Positions 31,059 to 39,843 of a stretch of 64,000 nt of DNA are shown here, piece by piece. The stretch spans positions 1-64,000 of the forward strand of contig JAVJQW010000063.1 in assembly GCA_040218735.1 (NCBI GenBank), written 5' to 3'. Source of the DNA: Deltaproteobacteria bacterium. Lineage in GTDB: Bacteria > Myxococcota > Kuafuiibacteriia > Kuafuiibacteriales > Kuafuiibacteriaceae. Numbering within the stretch: the stretch's first letter is position 1; every line of letters begins with the position of its first letter. A program made the translations under genes and the position numbers. The notes beneath the pieces are model-generated. The model was not told the DNA's origin and did no database searches. It saw only the letters and a list, made by a program, of their open reading frames with translations.

Positions 31059-31976
31059 GTGAACCCACCGCTCGATCTGTTCTCGGGGGTCGTCCCCTTC
31101 GTCGTCGCCGCCGAGACCGGCTCGATTCGAGGCGCAGCGGAGAAGCTCGGCGTGACGCCCTCGGCGGTGACGAAGGCCGTACAGCGGCTCGAGCAGCGCT
31201 TGGGCGTGCGTCTGCTGATGCGCACGTCCCGCAGCGTGCGCACGACCGACGAGGGCGAGACCATCCTGGCCTGCTACCGCGACGCCGTGACCCGGAGCCT
31301 CGCGGCGCAGGACTTCGCGTTGAGCGCTCAGCGGCGCCCTCAGGGGCTCCTGCGCGCGACTGCGTCACGCACACTCGGGCGGGATTTGATCGCGCCGGCG
31401 CTCCCGCAGCTGTTCGACCGGTACCCCGAGCTGGACGTTCGCATCACCTTCATCGATCGCTTCGTTCGCTTCGCGAAGGACAACGTCGACGTCGCGGTGC
31501 GGATCGGCGAGTCGGAGGATCTGGACTCGAAACGCTGGATCCTCGCCCGTACGCGTTGGGTCACGGTCGGATCCCCGGCTTACCTCGCGCGCGCCGGTGT
31601 CCCGCAGACTCCCGAGGATCTGACCGACCATACGTGCTCGCGGTTCCTCGCGCCGAACGGACGTGCGCGGGACTGGACGTTTCAGGTCCAAGACGACACG
31701 ACCACGGTGAAGGTCGCCGGGAGCCTGCAGTCCGACGACGGCAACGCGCTGGTCGCCGCCGCCGAGGCGGGCGCAGGGCTCGTACAAGCCATGGATTTCA
31801 TGGTGGTTCGCGCGATCGCGAGCGGCGCGCTGGTCGAGGTGCTCGAGCCGTTCTCCGCGAGCGGACCGCGCATTCAGGCGCTCGCGGCGCCCGGACGCCA
31901 CCGATCGCCGCGAGTGCGCGCATTCATTGCCTTTCTGCAGGAGACCTTCGAGCGCGCAGGCATGTCGATCGCGTGA
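31059..31976 (+). CDS. LysR family transcriptional regulator
   Basis: GSIRGAAEKLGVTPSAVTKAVQRLEQRLGVRLLMRTSR HTH; DVAVRIG. Confidence 0.96.
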   Translation: MNPPLDLFSGVVPFVVAAETGSIRGAAEKLGVTPSAVTKAVQRLEQRLGVRLLMRTSRSVRTTDEGETILACYRDAVTRSLAAQDFALSAQRRPQGLLRATASRTLGRDLIAPALPQLFDRYPELDVRITFIDRFVRFAKDNVDVAVRIGESEDLDSKRWILARTRWVTVGSPAYLARAGVPQTPEDLTDHTCSRFLAPNGRARDWTFQVQDDTTTVKVAGSLQSDDGNALVAAAEAGAGLVQAMDFMVVRAIASGALVEVLEPFSASGPRIQALAAPGRHRSPRVRAFIAFLQETFERAGMSIA

Positions 31977-32016
31977 ATTTGGTCTATTCAGTATAATATA
32001 CTCCCGTATACCCGCC

Positions 32017-32045
32017 TTGACGCTCGTCGTCGCGTCGTCTATCAC
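32017..32045 (+). promoter_or_regulatory. Sigma70-type promoter of the betaine operon
   Basis: TTGACG-N17-TATCAC. Confidence 0.5.
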
Positions 32046-32134
32046 CAACCTTCGATTTCACGTTTCGACCCGCGAAAGCGGATTCTGCCGGCCTCCGCAT
32101 CGACGCGAAGGGATGTGGAAGGAAGGGGAGGGGT

Positions 32135-32992
32135 TTGTCTGCTCAGACCAACACGCAAGACATCAGCACCGAGCGCGATCAGGAGTTCGGCGACAATCCG
32201 ATCGCGGTCCGCGATACGGAGCACTATCGCGAAGAGTACGTTCACAACTTCGTCGAGAAGTGGGACGCCCTGATCGACTGGGAGCGCCGCGGCGAGAGCG
32301 AAGGCGACTTCTTCATCAAGACTCTGAAGGCCAAGGGCGCCAAACGCGTCCTCGACGTCGCCACTGGCACCGGCTTCCACTCGGTGCGCCTCAAGCAGGC
32401 TGGCTTCGACGTCACGAGCGCCGACGGCTCCCCCGAGATGCTCGCGCGCGCCTTCGAGAACGGCCGCAAGCGCGGTGAGATCCTCCAGACCATTCAGGCG
32501 GACTGGCGCTGGCTCAACAAGGACATCAGCGGGAAGTTCGACGCCGTCATCTGCCTCGGCAACTCGTTCACGCACCTGTTCAAGGAGCGCGACCGCCGCA
32601 AGGCGCTCGCAGAGTTCTACGCTGCGCTACGCCACGACGGGATCCTGATCCTCGACCAGCGCAACTACGATTCGATCCTCGACGACGGCTTCGCGTCCAA
32701 ACACAAGTTCTACTACTGCGGGAAGGACGTCACGGCAGAGCCCGAGCACATCGACGAAGGCCTCGCGCGGTTCTGCTACAGCTTCCCCGACGGGTCGCAG
32801 TACCACCTCAACATGTACCCGCTGCGTCGTGGTTACGTCCGTCGACTGATGTTCGACGTGGGCTTTCAGACGGTGAACACGTTCGGCGACTTCCAGGAGA
32901 CGTTCCGGCAGGAGCGTCCGGACTTCTTCATCCACGTCGCGTCCAAGGCGTACGGCGACACGTACACACCGAACACGGACGACGACCTATGA
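32135..32992 (+). CDS. gsmt: Glycine/sarcosine N-methyltransferase (GSMT)
   Basis: FVEKWDALIDW, VLDVATGTGFHS, ICLGNSFTHLF, LDQRNYD; TTG start with strong RBS. Confidence 0.95.
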   Translation: MSAQTNTQDISTERDQEFGDNPIAVRDTEHYREEYVHNFVEKWDALIDWERRGESEGDFFIKTLKAKGAKRVLDVATGTGFHSVRLKQAGFDVTSADGSPEMLARAFENGRKRGEILQTIQADWRWLNKDISGKFDAVICLGNSFTHLFKERDRRKALAEFYAALRHDGILILDQRNYDSILDDGFASKHKFYYCGKDVTAEPEHIDEGLARFCYSFPDGSQYHLNMYPLRRGYVRRLMFDVGFQTVNTFGDFQETFRQERPDFFIHVASKAYGDTYTPNTDDDL

Positions 32993-33810
32993 GCGTCACC
33001 GACGTCACCAAGGCGTACTACGACAGCAACGACGCCGACGCGTTCTACTTCCACGTGTGGGGTGGCGAAGACATCCACATCGGGATCTATGAACGCCCCG
33101 ACGAGCCGATCCGCGACGCGAGCCACCGGACCGTCGAGCGGATGGCCAACAAGGTCACGCTCGACAAGGAGCGTCGCGTCCTCGACTGCGGCGCCGGTTA
33201 CGGTGGCGCGGCGCGGTGGCTCTCGCGGACCTTCTCCTGCGAGGTCGCGTGCCTGAACCTGAGCACCGTCCAGAACGAGCGCAACCGCGCAATGACGAAG
33301 GAGGCGGGGCTCGCGCAGCGCATCGAGGTGATCGACGGCGCGTTCGAATCGATCCCGCTCCCGGACGCTTCGATCGACTGCGTGTGGTCGCAGGACGCGT
33401 TCCTGCACAGCGGCGACAAACCGAAGGTCCTCGCCGAGATCAACCGTGTCCTGAAGCCGGGCGGCGAGCTCGTCTTCACGGATCCGATGCAGGCGGACGA
33501 CTGCCCGGACGGCGTCCTCGCTCCGGTGCTCGAGCGCATCCACTTGGAGTCGATGGGCTCCATCGCGTTCTACCGCGAGCACCTCACGAAGCTCGGCTTC
33601 GTCGAGAAGAGCGTCGACGACCTCACCGCCCACCTCGTCACGCACTACGCGTCGGTCTCGAAGGAGATCGATCGCCGCGGTGACGAGCTGAAGAAGGTAT
33701 GTGGCGCGCCGTACCTGGAGCGCATGCAGAAGGGCCTCGGCCACTGGGTCGAGGCCGGCAAACGCGGGTACCTCGCCTGGGGAATCCTGCGCTTCGACAA
33801 ACCCAGATGA
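32989..33810 (+). CDS. sdmt: Sarcosine/dimethylglycine N-methyltransferase (SDMT)
   Basis: YYDSNDADAFY..VWGGEDIHIG, GAGYGGAAR, WSQDAFLHS, FTDPMQ; ATGA overlap with gsmt. Confidence 0.95.
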   Translation: MSVTDVTKAYYDSNDADAFYFHVWGGEDIHIGIYERPDEPIRDASHRTVERMANKVTLDKERRVLDCGAGYGGAARWLSRTFSCEVACLNLSTVQNERNRAMTKEAGLAQRIEVIDGAFESIPLPDASIDCVWSQDAFLHSGDKPKVLAEINRVLKPGGELVFTDPMQADDCPDGVLAPVLERIHLESMGSIAFYREHLTKLGFVEKSVDDLTAHLVTHYASVSKEIDRRGDELKKVCGAPYLERMQKGLGHWVEAGKRGYLAWGILRFDKPR

Positions 33811-35315
33811 ACCAAGCGAAAAAGTCGTCCCTCGCGGTCAATCCTCCGGTCTTCTTCACCTCCGCTGCCGCGTTGGTCGGCTTCGTCATCTTCGGCGCGT
33901 TCTACTCGGACGTCGCGGCGGAGGTGTTCCCGAAGCTGCTGGACGCCGTCGCGACGCACTTCGGCTGGTTCTACATCCTGGCCGTCGCGTTCTTCCTCGG
34001 CTTCTGCATCTGGCTCGCGTTCTCGCGCTTTCGCCACGTGAAGCTCGGCGACGACGACGACGTGCCGGACTACTCCACGCCGACGTGGTTCGCGATGTTG
34101 TTCTCCGCCGGCATGGGGATCGGGCTGGTGTTCTACGGCGTCGCGCAGCCGATGATGATGTACGCGGGGCCGCCGACCGGCGCGGGCGGCACCGCAGCCG
34201 CGGCGCGCGAGGCGCTCCCGCTGACCTACTTCCACTGGGGCCTCCACGCGTGGGCGATCTACGTCGCGATGGGATTGGCGATCGCGTACTTCGCGTATCG
34301 TCGCGGGCTGCCGCTCACGTTGCGCAGCGCCTTCTATCCGATCCTCGGCGATCGCATCCACGGCTGGCCGGGTCACGTCGTCGACATCATCGCGGTGTTC
34401 GGGACGCTGTTCGGCCTCGCGACCTCGCTCGGTCTCGGCGCCAAGCAGATCGACGCCGGGCTGCACCACCTCTTCGACACGCCGACCGGCCCGACGTTTC
34501 AGATCGTCCTCATCGCGATCATCACCGGGTGCGCGACGATCTCGTTGGTGACCGGCGTCGACAAGGGCATCCGTCGCCTCTCCGAGCTCAACATGACGCT
34601 CGCCGCCTTGTTGATGGTGTTCGTCTTCTTCACCGGGCCGACGCTCTACATCCTCGACGCGTTCCCCGATCACATCGGTCGCTACCTCGCCGCGCTGCCG
34701 GAGCGCACGTTCTGGACCGGTCACGCCGACGGCGGCACCGAGTGGAACAAATCGTGGACCTACTTCTACTGGGCGTGGTGGATCGCGTGGGCGCCGTTCG
34801 TCGGCATGTTCGTCGCGCGCATCTCTCGCGGCCGCACGATTCGCGAGTTCGTGCTCGGCGTCCTCTTCGTACCGACCATCGTCACGTTCATCTGGTTCGC
34901 GGTCTTCGGCGACACGGCGATCTGGATGGAGACCGAGGGCGGCGGCGGTGTGTCGACGGCCGTCAACGAGAGCGTCGCCACCGCGATCTACGTGATGCTC
35001 GAACGCCTCCCGCTCGGGAGCATCACCTGCCTGCTCGCCGCGGCGGTCGTGTCGGTGTTCTTCGTGACGTCGTCCGACTCCGCCTCGTTCGTGGTCGACA
35101 TGTTGACCTCCGGCGGGCACCCGAACCCGCCGATCTGGCAGCGGGTGTTCTGGGCGGTCTCGGAGGGCGCAGTCGCCGCCGTGCTGCTGGGCGCCGCGGG
35201 CAAGGCGGGGCTGAAGGCACTTCAATCCGCGGTCATCTGCATCGGCGCGCCGTTCTCGATTATCCTCGTGCTGATGTGCTTCAGCCTGATGAAGAGTCTG
35301 TTCGAGAACGAATAG
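33807..35315 (+). CDS. BCCT family (betaine/choline/carnitine) transporter
   Basis: WFAMLFSAGMGIGLVF, FHWGLHAW, WWIAWAPFVGMF, FFVTSSDS; ATGA overlap. Confidence 0.96.
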   Translation: MNQAKKSSLAVNPPVFFTSAAALVGFVIFGAFYSDVAAEVFPKLLDAVATHFGWFYILAVAFFLGFCIWLAFSRFRHVKLGDDDDVPDYSTPTWFAMLFSAGMGIGLVFYGVAQPMMMYAGPPTGAGGTAAAAREALPLTYFHWGLHAWAIYVAMGLAIAYFAYRRGLPLTLRSAFYPILGDRIHGWPGHVVDIIAVFGTLFGLATSLGLGAKQIDAGLHHLFDTPTGPTFQIVLIAIITGCATISLVTGVDKGIRRLSELNMTLAALLMVFVFFTGPTLYILDAFPDHIGRYLAALPERTFWTGHADGGTEWNKSWTYFYWAWWIAWAPFVGMFVARISRGRTIREFVLGVLFVPTIVTFIWFAVFGDTAIWMETEGGGGVSTAVNESVATAIYVMLERLPLGSITCLLAAAVVSVFFVTSSDSASFVVDMLTSGGHPNPPIWQRVFWAVSEGAVAAVLLGAAGKAGLKALQSAVICIGAPFSIILVLMCFSLMKSLFENE

Positions 35316-35322
35316 GCGCGCC

Positions 35323-37278
35323 GTGCGCCGCCTGATCGACCGCGGCCTCGCCGCCGCCGTCTCCGCCGCCGGTCGCCGCGAGCGCTACGGTCGGGGCCGG
35401 ACTCCGCACACGGCGTTGACCTGGTGGGCGAGACGCCCGCACGCCGCGATGCGCGCCGCCGTGTTCGCCGCGCTCGTCGACGACTCGCCGGAGCACCGCG
35501 CGCTCGCCGATGCGCTCGCCGTCGACGAGGCGCCGGAGGCGGAGCTTCGCCGCGCCGTCGGCGCGGGAAAGCGGCTCCTCGATCCCTTCGCGGGCGGCGG
35601 GACGATCCCCCTCGAAGCCAAGCGCCTCGGCGTCGATGCGGTGGCCGTCGACAACAACGAGCTCGCGGTGATGATCAACCGGTGCTGGCTCGAGTGGGTG
35701 CCGGCGACGTCCGACGAGGAGCGCGTCGCGACGACGACGGCATTGGGCGAGCGCGCGATCGCGATCGTCGAGCGCCTCACCGCGGACCTCTTCCCCCTGC
35801 GCGGTCGCGCCGTCGACGAACGGGTGCCGACGCACTACGTGTTCACGTACCGATCGCACTGCGCGTGCGGATATCGGTTCCACTTGTCGCGTCGTCGGTG
35901 GCTCTCCACCCGCGATCGCGTCGCGCTCACGCCCTCGATGCACGGTGACGAAGAGCGCCTGTCGTTGGGGGACGTCGCGGTCCCGCCGCACGCCGCCTGC
36001 CCGCGCTGCGGCGACGCCGTGAACGCAAAGGTGAACGAAGCGGAGGACGCGCTCGTCGCCGTCGTGTACGGAGCGCGCGGGCGCGGGAAGCGCTACGACA
36101 GCAAGACGCACGGCGCGTGTCCCCCCGACCACGTGTTGGCGACGCGTTCGTTTGCGCTGCGCGCGGCGCTCGGCGTCGACGCGCCGACCGCCGAGCTCTA
36201 CGCTTGGTCGGGGATCGTGAACCCTCCGCTCCACGGCCTCCACACACACGACGCCGTGTTCACGCCCCGACAGCGCGCGGTGCTCTACGCGACGATCGGC
36301 GCGATTCGCGAAGTCACAGCGGAGCTCGACGCGGACGAACGTCGCTTCTATCGCGCGGTGCTCTCCGGCCTCGTCGACCAGTGCGTGGATTGGAACTCGC
36401 GTCTGTCGATGTGGATCCCTCAGAACGAACAGGTGGGTCGAGCGTTGAGCGGCCCGGGCGTCCCGATGTTGTGGGACTTCGTCGAGACCGATCCGGTGAG
36501 TCGTGGCCCGGCGAACCTGCACGACAAACTCACGCGCATCGCCAACGGCGTGGCGGCGCTCCCGGTGGAGCCTCGCGGTCGCGCCGTGCACGCGAGCGCG
36601 CAGCGGCTCCCGTTCGAGGATGCGTCGTTCGACGCCGTCGTCACGGACCCGCCGTACTACGACAACATCTACTACGCGGCGCTCGCCGACTTCGTCTACG
36701 TGTGGAAGCGGCTGCTACTCGACGAGGATGCGCCCGATTTGTTCGCGGCGGAGCGCACACGGACCGCGGGGGAGCTCGTCGCATCGCGGCAGCGCTTCGG
36801 CGCCGACGCCCACGCGGTCTACGTCCGAGAGCTCACGCGGGCGATCGAAGAGATGATGCGGGTGTTGAAGGAGGACGGCGCGGTCGCGTTGGTGTTCGGG
36901 CACGCGTCGTTCGCCGGGTGGTGCGCGTGGGCGGAGGCGCTGCGCGCCGCGCCGGTGGAGATCACGCAGGTCACGCCGCTCGCGATCGAACGTGAAGCGC
37001 GTCCACGGGCGATGCGGTCGCGCTCGGTCGACACGTGTTTCCTCTTCGTCGGCCGGCACTGCACCTCCAAGCCCGCGGTCTCGGAGCGCACCTGGCGTGC
37101 GCAGATTCGTCGCGTCGACGCCGACGACGCACCGACGGCGTTTGCCCGTGGACTGGCGAGCGTCGCCAACGTGTCCTCGATCGGGGCAAAAGCGCTGAGC
37201 GAGAGTATCGCCGCGCTCGAAACGCGGGTCGCGGAACGCTTCGACGGCTTCGCGCTTCGCCGCCGCCGATCGCTCTGA
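35323..37278 (+). CDS. DUF1156-domain adenine-specific DNA methyltransferase
   Basis: WWARRP (DUF1156 N-motif), LLDPFAGGGTIPLEA (SAM motif I), CxC/CPRC Zn ribbon, TDPPYYDNI (catalytic motif IV). Confidence 0.85.
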   Translation: MRRLIDRGLAAAVSAAGRRERYGRGRTPHTALTWWARRPHAAMRAAVFAALVDDSPEHRALADALAVDEAPEAELRRAVGAGKRLLDPFAGGGTIPLEAKRLGVDAVAVDNNELAVMINRCWLEWVPATSDEERVATTTALGERAIAIVERLTADLFPLRGRAVDERVPTHYVFTYRSHCACGYRFHLSRRRWLSTRDRVALTPSMHGDEERLSLGDVAVPPHAACPRCGDAVNAKVNEAEDALVAVVYGARGRGKRYDSKTHGACPPDHVLATRSFALRAALGVDAPTAELYAWSGIVNPPLHGLHTHDAVFTPRQRAVLYATIGAIREVTAELDADERRFYRAVLSGLVDQCVDWNSRLSMWIPQNEQVGRALSGPGVPMLWDFVETDPVSRGPANLHDKLTRIANGVAALPVEPRGRAVHASAQRLPFEDASFDAVVTDPPYYDNIYYAALADFVYVWKRLLLDEDAPDLFAAERTRTAGELVASRQRFGADAHAVYVRELTRAIEEMMRVLKEDGAVALVFGHASFAGWCAWAEALRAAPVEITQVTPLAIEREARPRAMRSRSVDTCFLFVGRHCTSKPAVSERTWRAQIRRVDADDAPTAFARGLASVANVSSIGAKALSESIAALETRVAERFDGFALRRRRSL

Positions 37279-37322
37279 ATAGAGAGCTTCCCCGACGTCG
37301 GGGTGCCGCGGCGCCGCCGACG

Positions 37323-37349
37323 CAACGCGAAGGCGCGTGCGCCCGATAA
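37323..37349 (+). promoter_or_regulatory. Sigma28-like promoter of the esterase gene
   Basis: CAAC-N15-CCCGATAA, 11 nt before ATG 37361. Confidence 0.4.
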
Positions 37350-37360
37350 CTCCGTCCGCG

Positions 37361-38554
37361 ATGCCGGTCGGTCGGGCAGGAAACGACGCGCTGCGCGGGG
37401 TCTCCCTCGCGGCGCTCGCGCCGGCTTCCTCGCGTCCGCGTTCGTCCGGCCGCGTCGGGCTGGGGCCGGTCGGCGACTTTCCGGATCCGCGCGCCGCCGG
37501 ACGCGAGGATCTTCGAACGCTGCAGGCGATCGTCGACGGACACGTCTCGGCGCACGACGGGCTCGTCCGCATCAGTCAGTCCGGCGGTCTCCCGATCGTC
37601 GTCGATGGCAAGACGGTCTTCGTCTCCGACGCGAGCGAGACGCAGCACGTGGCCGGCGACTTCAACGGATGGTCACCCACCGCGATGGAGCGGCGCGGCG
37701 AGGTGCAGGTGCTCGAGGTCAAGGGTGAGCAGACCGGGCGCTACAAGCTCGTGGCGGGATCGGATTGGCGCGCCGACCCGTGGTCGCGCCGCTACGCGTT
37801 CGACGACCACGGCGAGATCTCCATCGCGCAGCGACAGGGTGGGCGCGAGCTGTTGCGCATCCACGGTGTTTCCGGGTTCGGGCTCGCGCCGCGGACGGTG
37901 CGTTTGTTGGTGCCCGCCGGTGAGGCGACGCACCACCTCTACATGCACGACGGGCAGAACCTCTTTCACCCGAACGCGATGTTCGGTGGGTGGCGCGTCG
38001 ACGAGGCGGTCGGTGACAAGACGTTGGTCGTCGCGCTCGACAACACGAGTGATCGCATGGACGAGTACACCCACGTCCGCGACAAGATCGACGACCGGGA
38101 GATGGGCGGTCGCGGTGACGACTACGCGCGCCTCGTCGTCGATCTCGTGAAGCCGATGATCGAAAGCAACTTCGGTGCGCCGCGGAAGGTCGGCGTGATG
38201 GGTTCGTCGTTGGGCGGGTTGGTCTCGTTCCACATCGCGTCGAAGTACCCCAACACGTTCGACTTCGTCGGCGCGATGTCGCCGACGTTCTGGTGGGGCG
38301 GGAGCGACAGCATGCTCGAGCGTTACCGCGCGCAGCCGTTCATGCGGCGACCGAAGTTCTACGTCGACTCGGGCGGCTCGCCGGGCGGACGCGACAACCA
38401 CGACGCCGCGAAGGAGATGGCCGGCATCCTCGACCAGGCCGGGTACCGCTGGGAGCGCGACCTGTGGCACTGGCACGAGCCCGACGCGGCCCACAACGAG
38501 ATGGCGTGGGCGCGCCGGGTGTGGCGTCCGTTGAAGTTGTTCGAAGGGCTGTGA
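37361..38554 (+). CDS. Alpha/beta-hydrolase (IroE/Fes-like esterase) with CBM48-like domain
   Basis: VAGDFNGW (CBM48-like), LYMHDGQNLF, GSSLGG nucleophile elbow, AAHNEMAW. Confidence 0.88.
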   Translation: MPVGRAGNDALRGVSLAALAPASSRPRSSGRVGLGPVGDFPDPRAAGREDLRTLQAIVDGHVSAHDGLVRISQSGGLPIVVDGKTVFVSDASETQHVAGDFNGWSPTAMERRGEVQVLEVKGEQTGRYKLVAGSDWRADPWSRRYAFDDHGEISIAQRQGGRELLRIHGVSGFGLAPRTVRLLVPAGEATHHLYMHDGQNLFHPNAMFGGWRVDEAVGDKTLVVALDNTSDRMDEYTHVRDKIDDREMGGRGDDYARLVVDLVKPMIESNFGAPRKVGVMGSSLGGLVSFHIASKYPNTFDFVGAMSPTFWWGGSDSMLERYRAQPFMRRPKFYVDSGGSPGGRDNHDAAKEMAGILDQAGYRWERDLWHWHEPDAAHNEMAWARRVWRPLKLFEGL

Positions 38555-38585
38555 CCGCGGCGCCGTGCGCGCGCGTGCGGGGGAT

Positions 38586-39257
38586 CTAGCGCTTCTTCGA
38601 GCCGCGCTTCTTGGCGGCCTTCTTCGCGGGGCGCTTCTTCGCTGCGGCCTTCTTCTTTGCGGCCTTCTTCGCGGGGCGCTTCTTGGCGGCCTTCTTCTTG
38701 GCGGCCTTCTTCGCGGGGCGCTTCTTGGCCGCGGCCTTCTTCTTGGTGGCCTTCTTCGCAGGGCGCTTCTTGGCCGCGGCCTTCTTCGCCGTCTTCTTCT
38801 TGGTGGCCTTCTTCTTCGCCGCCTTCTTCTTGGTGGCCTTCTTCTTCGGCGCGGCCTCGGGTGCCGCGGCCTGCGCCTCGGGCGCCGGCGCGCGATTCAT
38901 CCAGATGCCGAACAGCGCGCCCGACGGATCGCTGAGGATCGCGATCTCACCCATGACGGAGCCGTCCGGTCCCTTCACTTCCATGTGCGGCAGCAGCGCT
39001 TGGCCTCCGGCGCTCGTCGCGGCGGCGACCGTCTTGTGAACGTCGTCGACCTCGACGTACGGGAGCCAGTGGCTCGGCGCGTTCGGATCTTGAACGCCCT
39101 GCATACCGATGCCGGGATTCATCATCTCCTCGACCATCGTGTACGCCATGCCTTCCATCGGCATGTCGATCGTCTTCCAGCCGAAGACCTTCGTGTAGAA
39201 CGCCTTGGCGCCCGCGGCGTCCTTGGAGTTGAGCTCGATGTGAACGAAGTTACCCAT
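38586..39257 (-). CDS. VOC/glyoxalase family protein with H1-like Lys/Ala C-tail
   Basis: FVHIEL...AKAFYTKVFGW, WLPYVEVDDV, DPSGALFGIW, then about 85 aa of KKAAKKK repeats. Confidence 0.9.
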   Translation of the reverse strand: MGNFVHIELNSKDAAGAKAFYTKVFGWKTIDMPMEGMAYTMVEEMMNPGIGMQGVQDPNAPSHWLPYVEVDDVHKTVAAATSAGGQALLPHMEVKGPDGSVMGEIAILSDPSGALFGIWMNRAPAPEAQAAAPEAAPKKKATKKKAAKKKATKKKTAKKAAAKKRPAKKATKKKAAAKKRPAKKAAKKKAAKKRPAKKAAKKKAAAKKRPAKKAAKKRGSKKR

Positions 39258-39321
39258 CACGAACCATCCTTTCGGACGCGCTCCATAGCACGACGTTGCG
39301 CGCGCCACATCTACCCCGATC

Positions 39322-39747
39322 TCAGTTCCCGATGACGACCTTCCGTCCCAGCTCGCCGCGGAGCCAGTCGGCCGCGCGCTCCGTTTGGTCGCCGGCCAGG
39401 ATCACGTCCTCCCCCTCCACGGATCCGCCGCAGCCGAGGGTTCGTTTGAGTGTATGCGCGAGGGACTCGGTCGCCGCCGCGTCGAGGTCGAGCTGCGAGA
39501 CGCGCGTGACCGTCTTGCCGCCGCGGCCCTTCCGCTCGCGCGCGACCACGACCTTGCGACCCGAGCCACGGGGCTCCTCGGCCGCGTCCGGCGCGTCCGC
39601 CACGACCGGCGCGGGCGCTTCGGGCGTATCCGGGGCGTCGCCCATCTGGGCGCGGAGCGCCGCCAGGCCGCCGAAGGCGTTGTTGAAAGGGCCCTTTTCG
39701 GGCGCTGTAGTGGAGGCGTCGACGCGCTCGCGCTTCTTCTTGGCCAC
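39322..39747 (-). CDS. yciH: Translation initiation factor SUI1/YciH
   Basis: RERKGRGGKTVT, LKRTLGCGGSV, GDQ. Confidence 0.92.
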   Translation of the reverse strand: MAKKKRERVDASTTAPEKGPFNNAFGGLAALRAQMGDAPDTPEAPAPVVADAPDAAEEPRGSGRKVVVARERKGRGGKTVTRVSQLDLDAAATESLAHTLKRTLGCGGSVEGEDVILAGDQTERAADWLRGELGRKVVIGN

Positions 39748-39796
39748 GGACCGCGTTCGACCCCGAGGGGGATGGGTCGGTCAACCGTCGGACGAA

Positions 39797-39825
39797 TTGA
39801 CGGCACCCTCCGCAGCGGTCAGACT
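39797..39825 (+). promoter_or_regulatory. Sigma70-type promoter candidate for the AglZ-like gene
   Basis: TTGACG-N17-CAGACT, 18 nt before ATG 39844. Confidence 0.45.
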
Positions 39826-39843
39826 CCGCATCCTACCGCAATC

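Noticed and set aside
14963-37278. SNF2 helicase plus DUF1156 methylase as one defence system
   Set aside because: 17 kb apart with unrelated metabolic genes between, no DUF499 ATPase in the window, and the helicase lacks a visible nuclease domain
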